A stretch of 25,374 bases of DNA, from the NCBI GenBank assembly GCA_051747585.1, contig JBNJGH010000044.1:1-25374 (forward strand). The letters are read 5' to 3'. How positions within the stretch are numbered: position 1 is the stretch's first letter; each line of letters starts with the position of its first letter. The position numbers and the translations under genes are program-made. This DNA comes from Candidatus Rifleibacteriota bacterium. GTDB taxonomy: Bacteria > Muiribacteriota > Ozemobacteria > Ozemobacterales > Ozemobacteraceae. This document shows, piece after piece, positions 1 to 9,179 of this stretch. Under the pieces are notes generated by a model. It was not told where the DNA came from, searched no databases, and worked only from the letters and a program-made list of their open reading frames with translations.

Positions 1-58
1 CCGAAACAAAAGGCAATAAAAAGATACAAAGAATAACTAAAAATCTAATTTTCTGCAC
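1..58 (-). CDS. 5' end of a probable secreted protein, running off the window
   Basis: GTG at 58 preceded by GAGGGAGG; reads MQKIRFLVILCIFLLPFVS..., a signal-peptide-like N-terminus, open to the window edge. Not in the ORF track. Confidence 0.6.
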   Translation of the reverse strand, partial: MQKIRFLVILCIFLLPFVS

Positions 59-210
59 AGCTTGCTTCCTCCCTCGAATTTAAGCAACTCAAACTTTTCA
101 CGCTTATTTTAAACACAAAACAGGTTAAATTTCTATAAAACCTGTTCAAAATAAACAGAAATTATGGGCTCAAATTCAAGAAGAGGAAAAGCTATACCTG
201 CAATAAAGGC

Positions 211-804
211 TTATTTATCAGAGTAGTTCACCTGAATAAAAATAACTTCATCAGATTTTTTACCAAACTTCATAATTACAGGATTAATATCGTTTCCATA
301 ATTATACTTACCGGAAGGCATTGAATAATCAAGATAAACATTCATGGTAAAAAGTCTTACATTATCGCCATGGTGGTTTATAAACTGCCGCAAAGAATTG
401 AAACTTTTCTCATCCCAGGCTTTAGAAAGATAATCTCTGGTTAGCAGATAATAAATTTCATGCTTGTCTGATTCTTCAACAACATGCTCATCCATAGCTT
501 TATTCTGAGAGAAATATGCATCTTCGAAATATTCTCTAACTGCACGAGCAAGAATAAGGTCATAATCTTTATTTTTATCTTCTATTTCAGGAAAAACCTG
601 GAATTTACTATCTTTATCTTTAAAGAAATATGTAAGCCTGTATCTGATCGAATTTATGAAACCGGTTGGGGCATCAATTTTTTTTACTTCAATATGATTG
701 AAAATTGGGTCTTTATCGCTGAAAGCATACAAAGACGAAAGATTCGCTGAACAGAAAGTAACCATTAAGAAAATCATGAAAAGTTTTGAAAATTTGTAGA
801 ACAT
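211..804 (-). CDS. hypothetical secreted protein, 197 aa
   Basis: ATG with AGAGG upstream; N-terminal signal-peptide-like segment ending LYA; no family motif recognised. Confidence 0.75.
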   Translation of the reverse strand: MFYKFSKLFMIFLMVTFCSANLSSLYAFSDKDPIFNHIEVKKIDAPTGFINSIRYRLTYFFKDKDSKFQVFPEIEDKNKDYDLILARAVREYFEDAYFSQNKAMDEHVVEESDKHEIYYLLTRDYLSKAWDEKSFNSLRQFINHHGDNVRLFTMNVYLDYSMPSGKYNYGNDINPVIMKFGKKSDEVIFIQVNYSDK

Positions 805-886
805 AGTATAACCTCTTTATAGAACGATACCGGACGGTTTGCTCTGACGAGTTGGCGCCGGTTTATTATGGGCGGGAGTCGTTATA

Positions 887-903
887 AGCAATTTTCATGC
901 CAG
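887..903 (-). promoter_or_regulatory. sigma-54 (RpoN) -24/-12 promoter for the 211..804 gene
   Basis: Minus strand reads CTGGCATGAAAATTGCT, against consensus YTGGCACGRNNNTTGCW. GG-N10-GC spacing is exact, orientation is correct, and it lies about 80 nt upstream of the ATG. Confidence 0.7.
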
Positions 904-1229
904 ACATATATTATCGGCACAATCTATTTATTCATCAAGCTTTTACTGAAATTGAACGCCTTTAAACAGCTGGCTATTTTTTGAACAGGCTGCCAAATTA
1001 TTACTCACTTCTTAAAGTTTTGTTACAGAAATCGCTGACAAACAATTTTAGCCGAATCGCGATACCAATTCTTTTGCGGTCTGGCGTGTAAGGAGAATTC
1101 TTTTCTGCAACAAACTGATAATAATTAACCGAAAATTGCTCAAGCTTAAGTCAGGAATTCTCGGTCAATCATTATTAGCTGGTTACAAAAAGTTCTGGTT
1201 TTATTTATTTAGGACAAATAAAGAATTTA

Positions 1230-1439
1230 AACCACTGAGGCCACCGAGGGCCCGGAGTTAATTTTTTAATCTTTTTCAGCCAGGATTTGTCCTGTGGACA
1301 AATAGCCGGCGGTTTCACCACCCGGCTTTTCCTTCTTCAGCAAGCCTTCAGAAAAACATAAGTGCTTTTCTGAAGGCTTGCTGAAGAAGGAAACAATGGC
1401 TGAAAAAGATTCTCTGTGTTCTCTGAGCGCTCTGTGGTT
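1230..1439. repeat. nested inverted-repeat element (four-way junction; REP/MITE-like or structured RNA)
   Basis: Perfect 28-bp IR 1328-1355/1366-1393; perfect 15-bp IR 1268-1282/1397-1411; hairpins 1285-1303 and 1304-1327; imperfect 28-nt outer IR 1230-1257/1412-1439. Confidence 0.85.
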
Positions 1440-1606
1440 ATTTTCTTTGTGGCTTTGTGGCTTGGTGTGAGGAATTTTCTTTTCTGAAACCAACTGATGG
1501 TCGCTGACCGAGAATTGCTAAACTTAAGTATTATACTTGATAGGTTCGAGGTTTTGCGGTAGTTATAAGAAAACATGTTTAATAGAAAAGAGCTTTAAAC
1601 CAATTT

Positions 1607-2878
1607 ATGAAAATGCACCAGATAAAACAGGACCCGCCTAAAGTAATTTGTTTATCGGTTCAGATTCCTGAACAATCGGATATCGAAACAAGCAATTCTT
1701 TAATAGAGCTGGGTGAGTTGTTAAAAACACTTGGCGCTCAAAAAATCGGGGAAGTAATTCAAAAAAGACAAAGTCCTTCTAGAGCCCACTATCTCGGCAA
1801 AGGAAAAATCGAGGAAGCCAGGGAGATGGCAGAGGAGCTTGAAGCAGAATATATAGCAATAGATGACGAGTTAAGCGCTCTGCAGCTGAAAACCCTCGAA
1901 GAAAAAATCGGACTGCCGGTAAAAGACAGAACTTCAATTATTCTGGATATTTTTGCCGACCACGCAACAACCAGAGAGGGCAAACTTCAGGTAGAACTTG
2001 CAAAACACCAGTATCAATTGCCAAGACTGCTGCGAATGTGGACTCATCTCGAAAGACAGCGCGGCGGCATTGGCCTTAAAGGTCCCGGCGAAACCCAGCT
2101 CGAAACAGACCGCCGAATACTTAATAAAAGAATAAAAAAGATTAATCTGGAACTTGAAAAAGTTGCCAGAACAAGAGAACAACAAAGCAAACAGCGCAAC
2201 GAAAGGTTTGCACCGCTTTTTTCTCTGGTGGGATACACCAACGCAGGCAAATCAACCCTGCTCAATGCTCTTTCAGGCAGTGAAGTGCAAACCAACGATG
2301 GCCTTTTCACTACTCTCGACCCAACTGCAAGACGAATCGAACTGCCAAACGGGCACTGGTGCATTATAACCGATACGGTCGGATTTATCCGTAAGCTGCC
2401 GCATGGATTGGTTGAGGCATTCAAAGCCACTCTCGAATCTGTAGTTCAATCTGAAGTGCTTCTGCTAGTCGCCGACGCCTCAGACCCTGAATGCAGAGAG
2501 CATTTGCAGGCAGTAGATAAAGTGCTTGCCCAAATTGGCGCTTCTGACCGGGAAAAGATTTACATTTTCAATAAAATTGATAAGGGAATGAGTGTTTCAC
2601 CCGATCTTATAAAGGCAGCTTACCCCGACAGCATTACAATTTCGGCAGCAAAAGGAACCAATCTAGAAGCCCTTAAAGAAAAAATCGAAAAAATAATGTG
2701 CCGCAAACTGAAAGTACAGGAAATCACCCTGCCTCTTGATTCTCCGCTAATAGGTGAAATAATGAAAATCGGCAAAATTTTTTCTCAGAAATGGCACCAA
2801 AATAAAGTCACCATAAAAGCCGAGCTTCCTGAAAGACTTCTCAGCCTAATTGAGCAAACCCTGGAAAAATCCGGATAA
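1607..2878 (+). CDS. hflX: GTPase HflX (ribosome-splitting factor)
   Basis: N-domain motifs YLGKGKIEE, EGKLQVELA and GPGETQLETDRR; G1 GYTNAGKST, G2 LFTTLDP, G3 DTVG, G4 NKID, G5 ISA. Confidence 0.97.
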   Translation: MKMHQIKQDPPKVICLSVQIPEQSDIETSNSLIELGELLKTLGAQKIGEVIQKRQSPSRAHYLGKGKIEEAREMAEELEAEYIAIDDELSALQLKTLEEKIGLPVKDRTSIILDIFADHATTREGKLQVELAKHQYQLPRLLRMWTHLERQRGGIGLKGPGETQLETDRRILNKRIKKINLELEKVARTREQQSKQRNERFAPLFSLVGYTNAGKSTLLNALSGSEVQTNDGLFTTLDPTARRIELPNGHWCIITDTVGFIRKLPHGLVEAFKATLESVVQSEVLLLVADASDPECREHLQAVDKVLAQIGASDREKIYIFNKIDKGMSVSPDLIKAAYPDSITISAAKGTNLEALKEKIEKIMCRKLKVQEITLPLDSPLIGEIMKIGKIFSQKWHQNKVTIKAELPERLLSLIEQTLEKSG

Positions 2879-2939
2879 CGAAACAAATAATTAAAACAGG
2901 TAAAATGTCTTGCCACAATAAGCCGATAATTATTTTAAC

Positions 2940-2967
2940 TTGCATAACTAAAAAAAGTTATTATAAT
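2940..2967 (+). promoter_or_regulatory. putative sigma-70 promoter of the methyltransferase gene
   Basis: TTGCAT-N16-TATAAT ending 26 nt before the ATG; palindrome ATAACT-N6-AGTTAT (2944-2961) spans the spacer. Confidence 0.45.
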
Positions 2968-2993
2968 TAAACAATCATTGTAGAGGTAATACC

Positions 2994-3572
2994 ATGGCGT
3001 TATGGCATTTTGTCAGTCAGTTTTGTCGCGAACCAAGAACTATAGGCGCAATTGCACCCAGTTCGCGAAAGCTTGCCAGCCGTATGCTGCAACCGATTGA
3101 CTTCAAAAAAGCAAAGGTAATAGTTGAGTATGGCCCTGGTTCGGGTGTTTTTACCCAGCAGGTTCTTCAGCAAATTAATCGCAACCAGACAATATTCTTT
3201 GGCCTGGAGCTGAACGAAAGAATGAATCGCATTGCCTGTCTCAAAACTCCTGATGCGGTTATATATCAAGACTCCGCCGCCGCCATCAGAAAATACCTCA
3301 ATCAATATGGAGTTAAACACGCAGATGCCATTATAAGCGGCCTGCCCTGGGCCTCGTTTCCTGAAACTTTACAAGATGAAATTCTTTCGGAAACCGTTTC
3401 GGGATTACCCAACGATGGAGTTTTTACTACCTTCGCCTATTTACACGGACTCGTTCTTCCATCGGGAAAAAGATTCAAAAAGAAACTGCTTGAACATTTC
3501 AATCAGGTAGAAACCAGTCCCGTAGTATGGGGAAATCTGCCGCCCGCACTTGTTTACTGGTGCAGAAAATAA
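2994..3572 (+). CDS. class I SAM-dependent methyltransferase, phospholipid N-methyltransferase (PmtA, rhizobial type)-like
   Basis: IGAIAPSSRKLA, SAM motif VEYGPGSGVFT, IISGLPW and C-terminal VWGNLPPALVY are typical of this family; RBS GAGG. Confidence 0.8.
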   Translation: MALWHFVSQFCREPRTIGAIAPSSRKLASRMLQPIDFKKAKVIVEYGPGSGVFTQQVLQQINRNQTIFFGLELNERMNRIACLKTPDAVIYQDSAAAIRKYLNQYGVKHADAIISGLPWASFPETLQDEILSETVSGLPNDGVFTTFAYLHGLVLPSGKRFKKKLLEHFNQVETSPVVWGNLPPALVYWCRK

Positions 3573-3750
3573 TAAACTCAAATACAAAGCTACAAAGCGA
3601 TAAAGGCAAAAGCGGCTTCTGCAGCACTATAACCCCTCTCTAATTATTTTTTGAAAACGATTATAAGCTGCAGAAACCTTAGTTAAAAATTATTTTTACC
3701 TTACAAGTAAAACGCAACAGCCAACTTTATAAACCTGTTGTGTAGTTAAA

Positions 3751-4908
3751 CTAAAAGCAAAGCTCGAGAATTTCTGCACTTATATCAGGGGTAACATCCT
3801 GATTTTCACCAAGTTTAATCATTTGATGAGATTTAAGTTGAGCAACAACCTTATCGACACAATCAGAACCTATATCATAATCGGTCAGACTTGTTTTAAC
3901 TCCCAGACTTTCGAAGAAATCTCTGGTTTTTTCTATAGCCATTGCAACCTTATGTTCATCATTGCCTGATTTAATGTTCCACACCTTTTCAGCAAACTGC
4001 ACAAGTTTTTCCCGTTTTACGTCTTTCCTGAAGGTCAAGTTTGCCGGCAGAACAATTGCCAGGGTGACGGCGTGATCGAGCCCGTACAAAGCAGTGAGCT
4101 CGTGGCCTATCATATGAGTAGACCAATCCTGGGGAACTCCCGAACCTATAAGGCCATTCAAAGCCATAGTGGCACAAAACATTAAGTTAGCTCTAACATC
4201 ATAGTTTTCAGGCTCTTCCAAAGCCAGAGGCCCTTCTTTTATAAGGGTTCTGAGAAGGCCTTCACAAAATTCATCTTGAACGCATGCCCGAACCGGCTGA
4301 GTCAAATACTGTTCTATAATATGTACAAAAGCGTCGACAACGCCGTTAGCAATTTGTCTCGGTGGTAAAGTATAAGTTTTCATCGGATCGAGAACTGAAA
4401 ACATGGGAAAAACATGAGAACTTTTAAAAGGCAGCTTCGCTTTTTTCTCGGCTCTGGTAATAACTGAGTTGCAATTCATTTCCGATCCGGTAGCCGGAAG
4501 AGTCAACACAGAAGCAAAAGGCAAAGCCTGCTTTATTTTAGAACCAAAAGTTTGCAAAATCTGCCATGGGTCACCGTCATAGAGAGCTGCTGCCGCTACA
4601 AATTTGGTGCCATCAATAACAGATCCACCACCTGCAGCTATAAGAAAATCCACTTTATTTTCTTTAACTTTTTCGACACACTTCATAAGGGTTTCATAAG
4701 CTGGGTTTGGTTCTACGCCTGAGAACTCAAAAACTTCACGCCCTTCGAGAGCTTTCATAATTTCATCATAGGTACCATTTTTTTTGATGCTTCCGCCGCC
4801 ATAAATAACCATAATTCTTTTACCGGCAGGCACTTCGTTTTTCAAAGCCCCTATAGTACCTTCTCCAAATATAAGCTTGGTCGGATTATAAAAAGTAAAG
4901 TTTTTCAT
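3751..4908 (-). CDS. yqhD: iron-containing alcohol dehydrogenase, YqhD/BdhA-like NADPH-dependent aldehyde reductase
   Basis: NFTFYNPT, YGGGSIKKNG, GGGSVIDGTK, LTLPATGSEMN, and metal ligands DAFVH and DWSTHMIGHELTALYGLDHA; RBS AGGAG. Confidence 0.9.
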   Translation of the reverse strand: MKNFTFYNPTKLIFGEGTIGALKNEVPAGKRIMVIYGGGSIKKNGTYDEIMKALEGREVFEFSGVEPNPAYETLMKCVEKVKENKVDFLIAAGGGSVIDGTKFVAAAALYDGDPWQILQTFGSKIKQALPFASVLTLPATGSEMNCNSVITRAEKKAKLPFKSSHVFPMFSVLDPMKTYTLPPRQIANGVVDAFVHIIEQYLTQPVRACVQDEFCEGLLRTLIKEGPLALEEPENYDVRANLMFCATMALNGLIGSGVPQDWSTHMIGHELTALYGLDHAVTLAIVLPANLTFRKDVKREKLVQFAEKVWNIKSGNDEHKVAMAIEKTRDFFESLGVKTSLTDYDIGSDCVDKVVAQLKSHQMIKLGENQDVTPDISAEILELCF

Positions 4909-5057
4909 ACGCTTATCTCCTCTTCATTTTTTTATTATTCTAACACGAAACCAGAACAAAATAATCTCTACTCTGACACAATCTGCACAGCTCATTTTTA
5001 ATTTAACTGTTTTTCCGTTATAATAATCTTGATTAAATAAACAGGAGGAACTTATAG

Positions 5058-5459
5058 ATGGGGGCACTTGCTACTCTGGGCGTTAATACCTTTGCATTTT
5101 TTATTATATCGGCGATTCTTCCCGGCTTTAAGGTTAAAAGCAATATGACATCTTTTCTTATTGCTGTTGCTTACAGCATTTTGATTGTCATAACCAACAT
5201 TCTTTTACTGCCTTTAACAGCAATTACAGCTGCAATTCTCTTTGTTATCGCATTGATACCGATTATTGGTCCGATGATAGCAGGAGCAGGAGCTCTTGTT
5301 ACCGTTTTTGTTCTAACCTTTTGTGTTACCGCAATTCTACTTATCATTATCGATAAGTTTATGGTCGATTTTGAAATGACTTCTTTGCCTGTAGCTTTTA
5401 TTGCTTCATTTTTATTGGCAGTTATAAATGTAATTATTAGAGGTCTTTTGGGTGTTTAG
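5058..5459 (+). CDS. integral membrane protein, YvlD/phage holin 4_2 (DUF360) family
   Basis: Almost entirely hydrophobic; ILPGFKV near the N-terminus, LLLPLT, and DFEMTS...AFIASFLLAVIN at the C-terminus match the family pattern; strong RBS AGGAGG. Confidence 0.7.
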   Translation: MGALATLGVNTFAFFIISAILPGFKVKSNMTSFLIAVAYSILIVITNILLLPLTAITAAILFVIALIPIIGPMIAGAGALVTVFVLTFCVTAILLIIIDKFMVDFEMTSLPVAFIASFLLAVINVIIRGLLGV

Positions 5460-5465
5460 TCCCCT

Positions 5466-8210
5466 TTAATACTCTGATTTAAAAACAACAGCGGTTAACG
5501 GCTCAATTAAAATTGAATTTTCTTCAAGTCTGAAACCCGAGGGGTTCTGGATATTTTGAGTTCCTGCCTGCTTTTGATCGACAACGACCACCGCTTTTGT
5601 TAAATCTCTATCAAAAGTAAGTTTTCTCTCGCAATTATCTGCATTTATAAACACATAATAAGTCTCGCCGGTAGTTGCTCTACTGCTGAAAGCAATTACC
5701 AGATCTTCTGTGCCAATTTCAGGACAACTTAGCAATTGCACTCTCTTATTAACTTCTTCGACAGAACCCAGATGAAATGCATCGCTGGACCTGCGCAATT
5801 TAATCAGTCCGGCAGTATAGGCTCTGGTGGCGGCACTAACCGGGTAAAGCTCTGCATTAAGAGTCTTGTTCCAGTTAAACATATTTACAGCGTCAGAGGA
5901 ATCGTAAGAATCATGAATAAAATAAGGATGTTTAAAGGGACGACCCGCAGAATCGACAAATTTATGAAACTTCTTCTCTGGTTTATCTTCAGCAAGCCAC
6001 TGTTTGGTTCTACCATATTCCTGGCCGCCATGAATAAAAGAAGTGCCTTGAGATGTAAGCAAAAGGGTATTACCAAGTCTGATTCTTTTATGAATTTCTA
6101 AATGATTTTCTTTTATTTCAGGGTCCTTTTTTATCGACTGGGCAATAACATCATAAAGAGGCAGATTGTCGTGGGCTGCAATATATTGCACCATGTCACC
6201 CGGAGCGTCAGCCGGAGTATTTGATGGTTGCGCTTTTATATTGTTAAAAAGCTTTGCAATATTGCGTCTGCCACCGGTTAAGAACATGGGGTCGCCTTCA
6301 CAGCCAAAACCCGATTTTAATTCATTGCGAAACTCATCGGAAAAAACACCAACATAATCGGTGTGCTCCATCCAATCCTGGTCTGCAGCGGTTCCTTCGA
6401 GGGCGGGGTCTTCAAGATGCCCCTTAAAAGTGCGCCAGCCTTCTCCAATAAATATTGCCTGAGGATTAATTTTTCTGGCTTCCTCAAAGGCATTGTGCAC
6501 AACATTCCTGGTTGCATCGCCCATCATATCCCAGCGCATTCCATCTATACGATATTCTTTAAACCAGTGTTTAACCGAATCGACAATAAGCTTTTCAGTC
6601 ATTTTTCGATTAGTCGCAAGGTTATTACCAAAATCGCCCAGCAGATTGCCCTTTTCATCACGGAAAAAATAATAATCAGGCACAATATCGTCTAAAAAAC
6701 TGGCCTTTGCCATGTGAGTGTAAACCACATCTAAAATTACTCCCATTTTTCTAGCATGAATTTCATCTATAAGATCTTTTAATTCAGCTATTCTCAGGGC
6801 TGCATCAGCGGGATTCTCACTATAAGCTCCATCGACCGAGAAATAGTTATGAGGATCATAACCCCAGTTGTAACTGTTATTGTCAGCCGAATATTCAAGC
6901 TCCCTTTTATTCATTGCTGTCTCATCGCCAAAATACCAGGCCATAACCGGCAACAGTTGTATATGGGTTACTCCAAGTGACTTTATATAGTCCAGCCTAC
7001 TTTTAAAAGCAGAAAAAGTTCCCCATCGATGGTCTAGTTCGTTTGCAATAGAGGGGTCTGAAGTAAAATCTCTTATGTGGGCTTCATAAATAATTGCATC
7101 TTCTCTTTTATTGTAATTCTCGATTTCTGCCATTCCTGGAGTATTTCCAGTGTCTTTAACACTTACAAAAGCAGCTTTACCGATAAAGTCACCACTTTTA
7201 CCAGAAGAATTACCCGAAGAACTTATTGTAACCGGAGCCATGGATCGGGCATAAGGATCGAGCACAAGCCTGGAATAGCCGTCTCTGGTAACCTTGAACT
7301 GATAATAATAACCTTCGAGTTTACCGACTCCGACCATTCCAGAATCTACGACAACAGACCATACGCCTGGCTCTGCAGACTCCATCACAAGCTCTTTTAT
7401 AAGCTTAGCCTGATTATCACGGTCATAAACCAGAAGCTCTACTTTATCGGCCAGGGGAGCCCAAAGCTTCAAAGAAGCCACATCAGAGCCGCTCATTATG
7501 CAGCCAAGATCGTCACCTTCGTAAGCATAAAGCCGATCTATCATCTTCCAATCAGCTTTTGCGCTTACAGTCTGAGAAAACAGCTTCACCTTAATCGGAT
7601 ACTTTTCGACCAGATTTTTACAGTCTAGAACTATCTGGCTGTCTTGAATTTTTACGACATTGAACTCAAGCATATTCGCCTGGTTATCAGTTAATACAAG
7701 AAGCTTTTTAATTTCATCCGCTTTAATACTGACTGAACCGGAAAATGCAATCTCAATCCGATTTTTATCTTTTATTGTGGCAGAAACAATTTCTGCATGT
7801 TCGACGTATTCAGAATTAAAATAAATATTATCACTTTTATCATTTATCCAGATTTCATTATCCATATCGTTCATAATAAATATCCTGTCTGAGGTTTGTT
7901 TTTCTCCAGTTAGTTTGTTGACTACCAGAAAACCAATGTTATAAGCCTGTTTTTTCAATTTGACGTCAACATAAGTGTCTGAACCTTCTGTTTTTTTCAG
8001 CTTTAAAGCTCCAGAAGGCCAATCCTTAGAGGGTTGAGAAACGTCATACCATAGCCATAAACCAAGGTTTGAATATTCCTGGCTGGAATTGTGATAATGA
8101 ATTCTTATGGTATTGTCAGGCAGATCTGGGTTATAAGCCGCAAATACTGACTCAGAAGACATTAACAGACACACAACCAAAAGAAGTATAACAAATTTAT
8201 TTATTTTCAA
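5466..8210 (-). CDS. pulA: secreted type I pullulanase (GH13) with CBM41-like and CBM48-like domains
   Basis: Signal peptide; CBM41-like IRIHY...LGLWLW..V; CBM48-like LKLWAPLA; signature YNWGYDP; region I DVVYTH, II GMRWDMMG, III IGEGW, IV AAHDN; TTG start with GGGGG RBS. Confidence 0.93.
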   Translation of the reverse strand: MKINKFVILLLVVCLLMSSESVFAAYNPDLPDNTIRIHYHNSSQEYSNLGLWLWYDVSQPSKDWPSGALKLKKTEGSDTYVDVKLKKQAYNIGFLVVNKLTGEKQTSDRIFIMNDMDNEIWINDKSDNIYFNSEYVEHAEIVSATIKDKNRIEIAFSGSVSIKADEIKKLLVLTDNQANMLEFNVVKIQDSQIVLDCKNLVEKYPIKVKLFSQTVSAKADWKMIDRLYAYEGDDLGCIMSGSDVASLKLWAPLADKVELLVYDRDNQAKLIKELVMESAEPGVWSVVVDSGMVGVGKLEGYYYQFKVTRDGYSRLVLDPYARSMAPVTISSSGNSSGKSGDFIGKAAFVSVKDTGNTPGMAEIENYNKREDAIIYEAHIRDFTSDPSIANELDHRWGTFSAFKSRLDYIKSLGVTHIQLLPVMAWYFGDETAMNKRELEYSADNNSYNWGYDPHNYFSVDGAYSENPADAALRIAELKDLIDEIHARKMGVILDVVYTHMAKASFLDDIVPDYYFFRDEKGNLLGDFGNNLATNRKMTEKLIVDSVKHWFKEYRIDGMRWDMMGDATRNVVHNAFEEARKINPQAIFIGEGWRTFKGHLEDPALEGTAADQDWMEHTDYVGVFSDEFRNELKSGFGCEGDPMFLTGGRRNIAKLFNNIKAQPSNTPADAPGDMVQYIAAHDNLPLYDVIAQSIKKDPEIKENHLEIHKRIRLGNTLLLTSQGTSFIHGGQEYGRTKQWLAEDKPEKKFHKFVDSAGRPFKHPYFIHDSYDSSDAVNMFNWNKTLNAELYPVSAATRAYTAGLIKLRRSSDAFHLGSVEEVNKRVQLLSCPEIGTEDLVIAFSSRATTGETYYVFINADNCERKLTFDRDLTKAVVVVDQKQAGTQNIQNPSGFRLEENSILIEPLTAVVFKSEY

Positions 8211-8222
8211 ATCAACCCCCCT

Positions 8223-8717
8223 TTAAACCAACGCTTCGAGTGCGTTTGCCATTGATTCTTTGTGATCGAGCATAAAAACTTTTGCAATTTTGCCGGGTCC
8301 GAAAAACATCTCTCCCAGGCTGGCAGAATCTATATCGATTCTAAATAACAATACAATAGACTCAAATTGTACTGCAAGCTTGTCTATTTTTCTGTAATAT
8401 CTCTCAGAGCCGTCATTACTTACGACAATAAGCCTGGACAACCTTCTGCCTCTTTTTACTCCGGTTCTGGCATCAACGCTTTTTGTTCCTTCAAGCTGAG
8501 CCAAAAGAGTGCGCTCAACCAGCTCATAACCTCTTATCAGCCGCCCTCTCTTATGCTCTAACTGAAAAAGGTTAATCAGTTTTTCGCTGGCGGGCACAAA
8601 AACAGCACGAGTTTGCGCCTTTTGCCATAACTTTTTTTGATTTTCTCCAATATAATGCTTAATTTTTTCAAATTTATCAGATTTTTCTACAGCTTTGGGA
8701 AAGCGAATTTCTTTCAT
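8223..8717 (-). CDS. hypothetical protein, possible L7Ae/L30e-like RNA-binding fold
   Basis: ATG at 8717 has RBS AGGTGA (ORF track uses GTG 8726). GRLIRGYELVERTL, RLIVVSNDGS and SASLGEMF resemble the L7Ae family pattern. Confidence 0.6.
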   Translation of the reverse strand: MKEIRFPKAVEKSDKFEKIKHYIGENQKKLWQKAQTRAVFVPASEKLINLFQLEHKRGRLIRGYELVERTLLAQLEGTKSVDARTGVKRGRRLSRLIVVSNDGSERYYRKIDKLAVQFESIVLLFRIDIDSASLGEMFFGPGKIAKVFMLDHKESMANALEALV

Positions 8718-8793
8718 GATTATCACCTGTTTATGCTTATTAACTTACTCAATTCAAACTCAGTTTAACACAAAGATTTATTTTATCTGCAAC

Positions 8794-8804
8794 TGTGTTA
8801 TAAT
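8794..8804 (+). promoter_or_regulatory. extended -10 promoter for the BMC-tsaA-iscU operon
   Basis: TGTG-T-TATAAT ending 27 nt before ATG 8832; RBS GGGGTGA follows. Confidence 0.55.
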
Positions 8805-8831
8805 GTATCAGCTTTATTGGGGTGAAATTAT

Positions 8832-9179
8832 ATGACAAATTCAAACAAAGCCCGGGCAACCGGATTGAATATAAGGCTGGTAAAGCGGCCATCAAAAGGC
8901 TTCTGGGGCATTCTCGAACACAGAAGAATTCAAAGCGATCATTTTGAAAGTTACAAGACACCTCCCGATGCAGTAGGTCTCATTCAGGGACCAGTAGCAT
9001 CAATACTGGCTGCTTCTGACATGGCAGAAAAAGCTGCAGCAGTTCAGGTAGCAGAGATAAGGGGTGTCTGCCCAACCCATATGACTGTCATTGCCGTCTA
9101 TGGCGACACCTCTGCCGTAGAAGCTGCGCTTAACGCTGTTACAGAAGAACTGTCTTCATCAATATTTCCTGTATTATGA
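8832..9179 (+). CDS. circularly permuted BMC shell protein, GrpU-like
   Basis: NIRLVKRPS, DAVGLIQG, AASDMAEKAAAVQVAEIRGVCP and VYGDTSAVEAAL match the permuted BMC domain; GVCPT corresponds to the GrpU GxCPQ motif. Confidence 0.8.
   Translation: MTNSNKARATGLNIRLVKRPSKGFWGILEHRRIQSDHFESYKTPPDAVGLIQGPVASILAASDMAEKAAAVQVAEIRGVCPTHMTVIAVYGDTSAVEAALNAVTEELSSSIFPVL

Noticed and set aside
820..885. CTGACGA hammerhead-like core or riboswitch in the 211..804 leader
   Set aside because: No stem II followed by GAAA, and no riboswitch consensus could be matched.
1266..1576. ORFs 1266..1493 and 1337..1576 (minus)
   Set aside because: They run through the palindromic element; peptides such as NHRALREHRE are translations of 8-9-nt repeats, and no convincing RBS is present.
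5058..5459. Holin-family protein as a sign of a prophage
   Set aside because: The YvlD/holin 4_2 family is commonly chromosomal; there is no endolysin, integrase or structural gene nearby.
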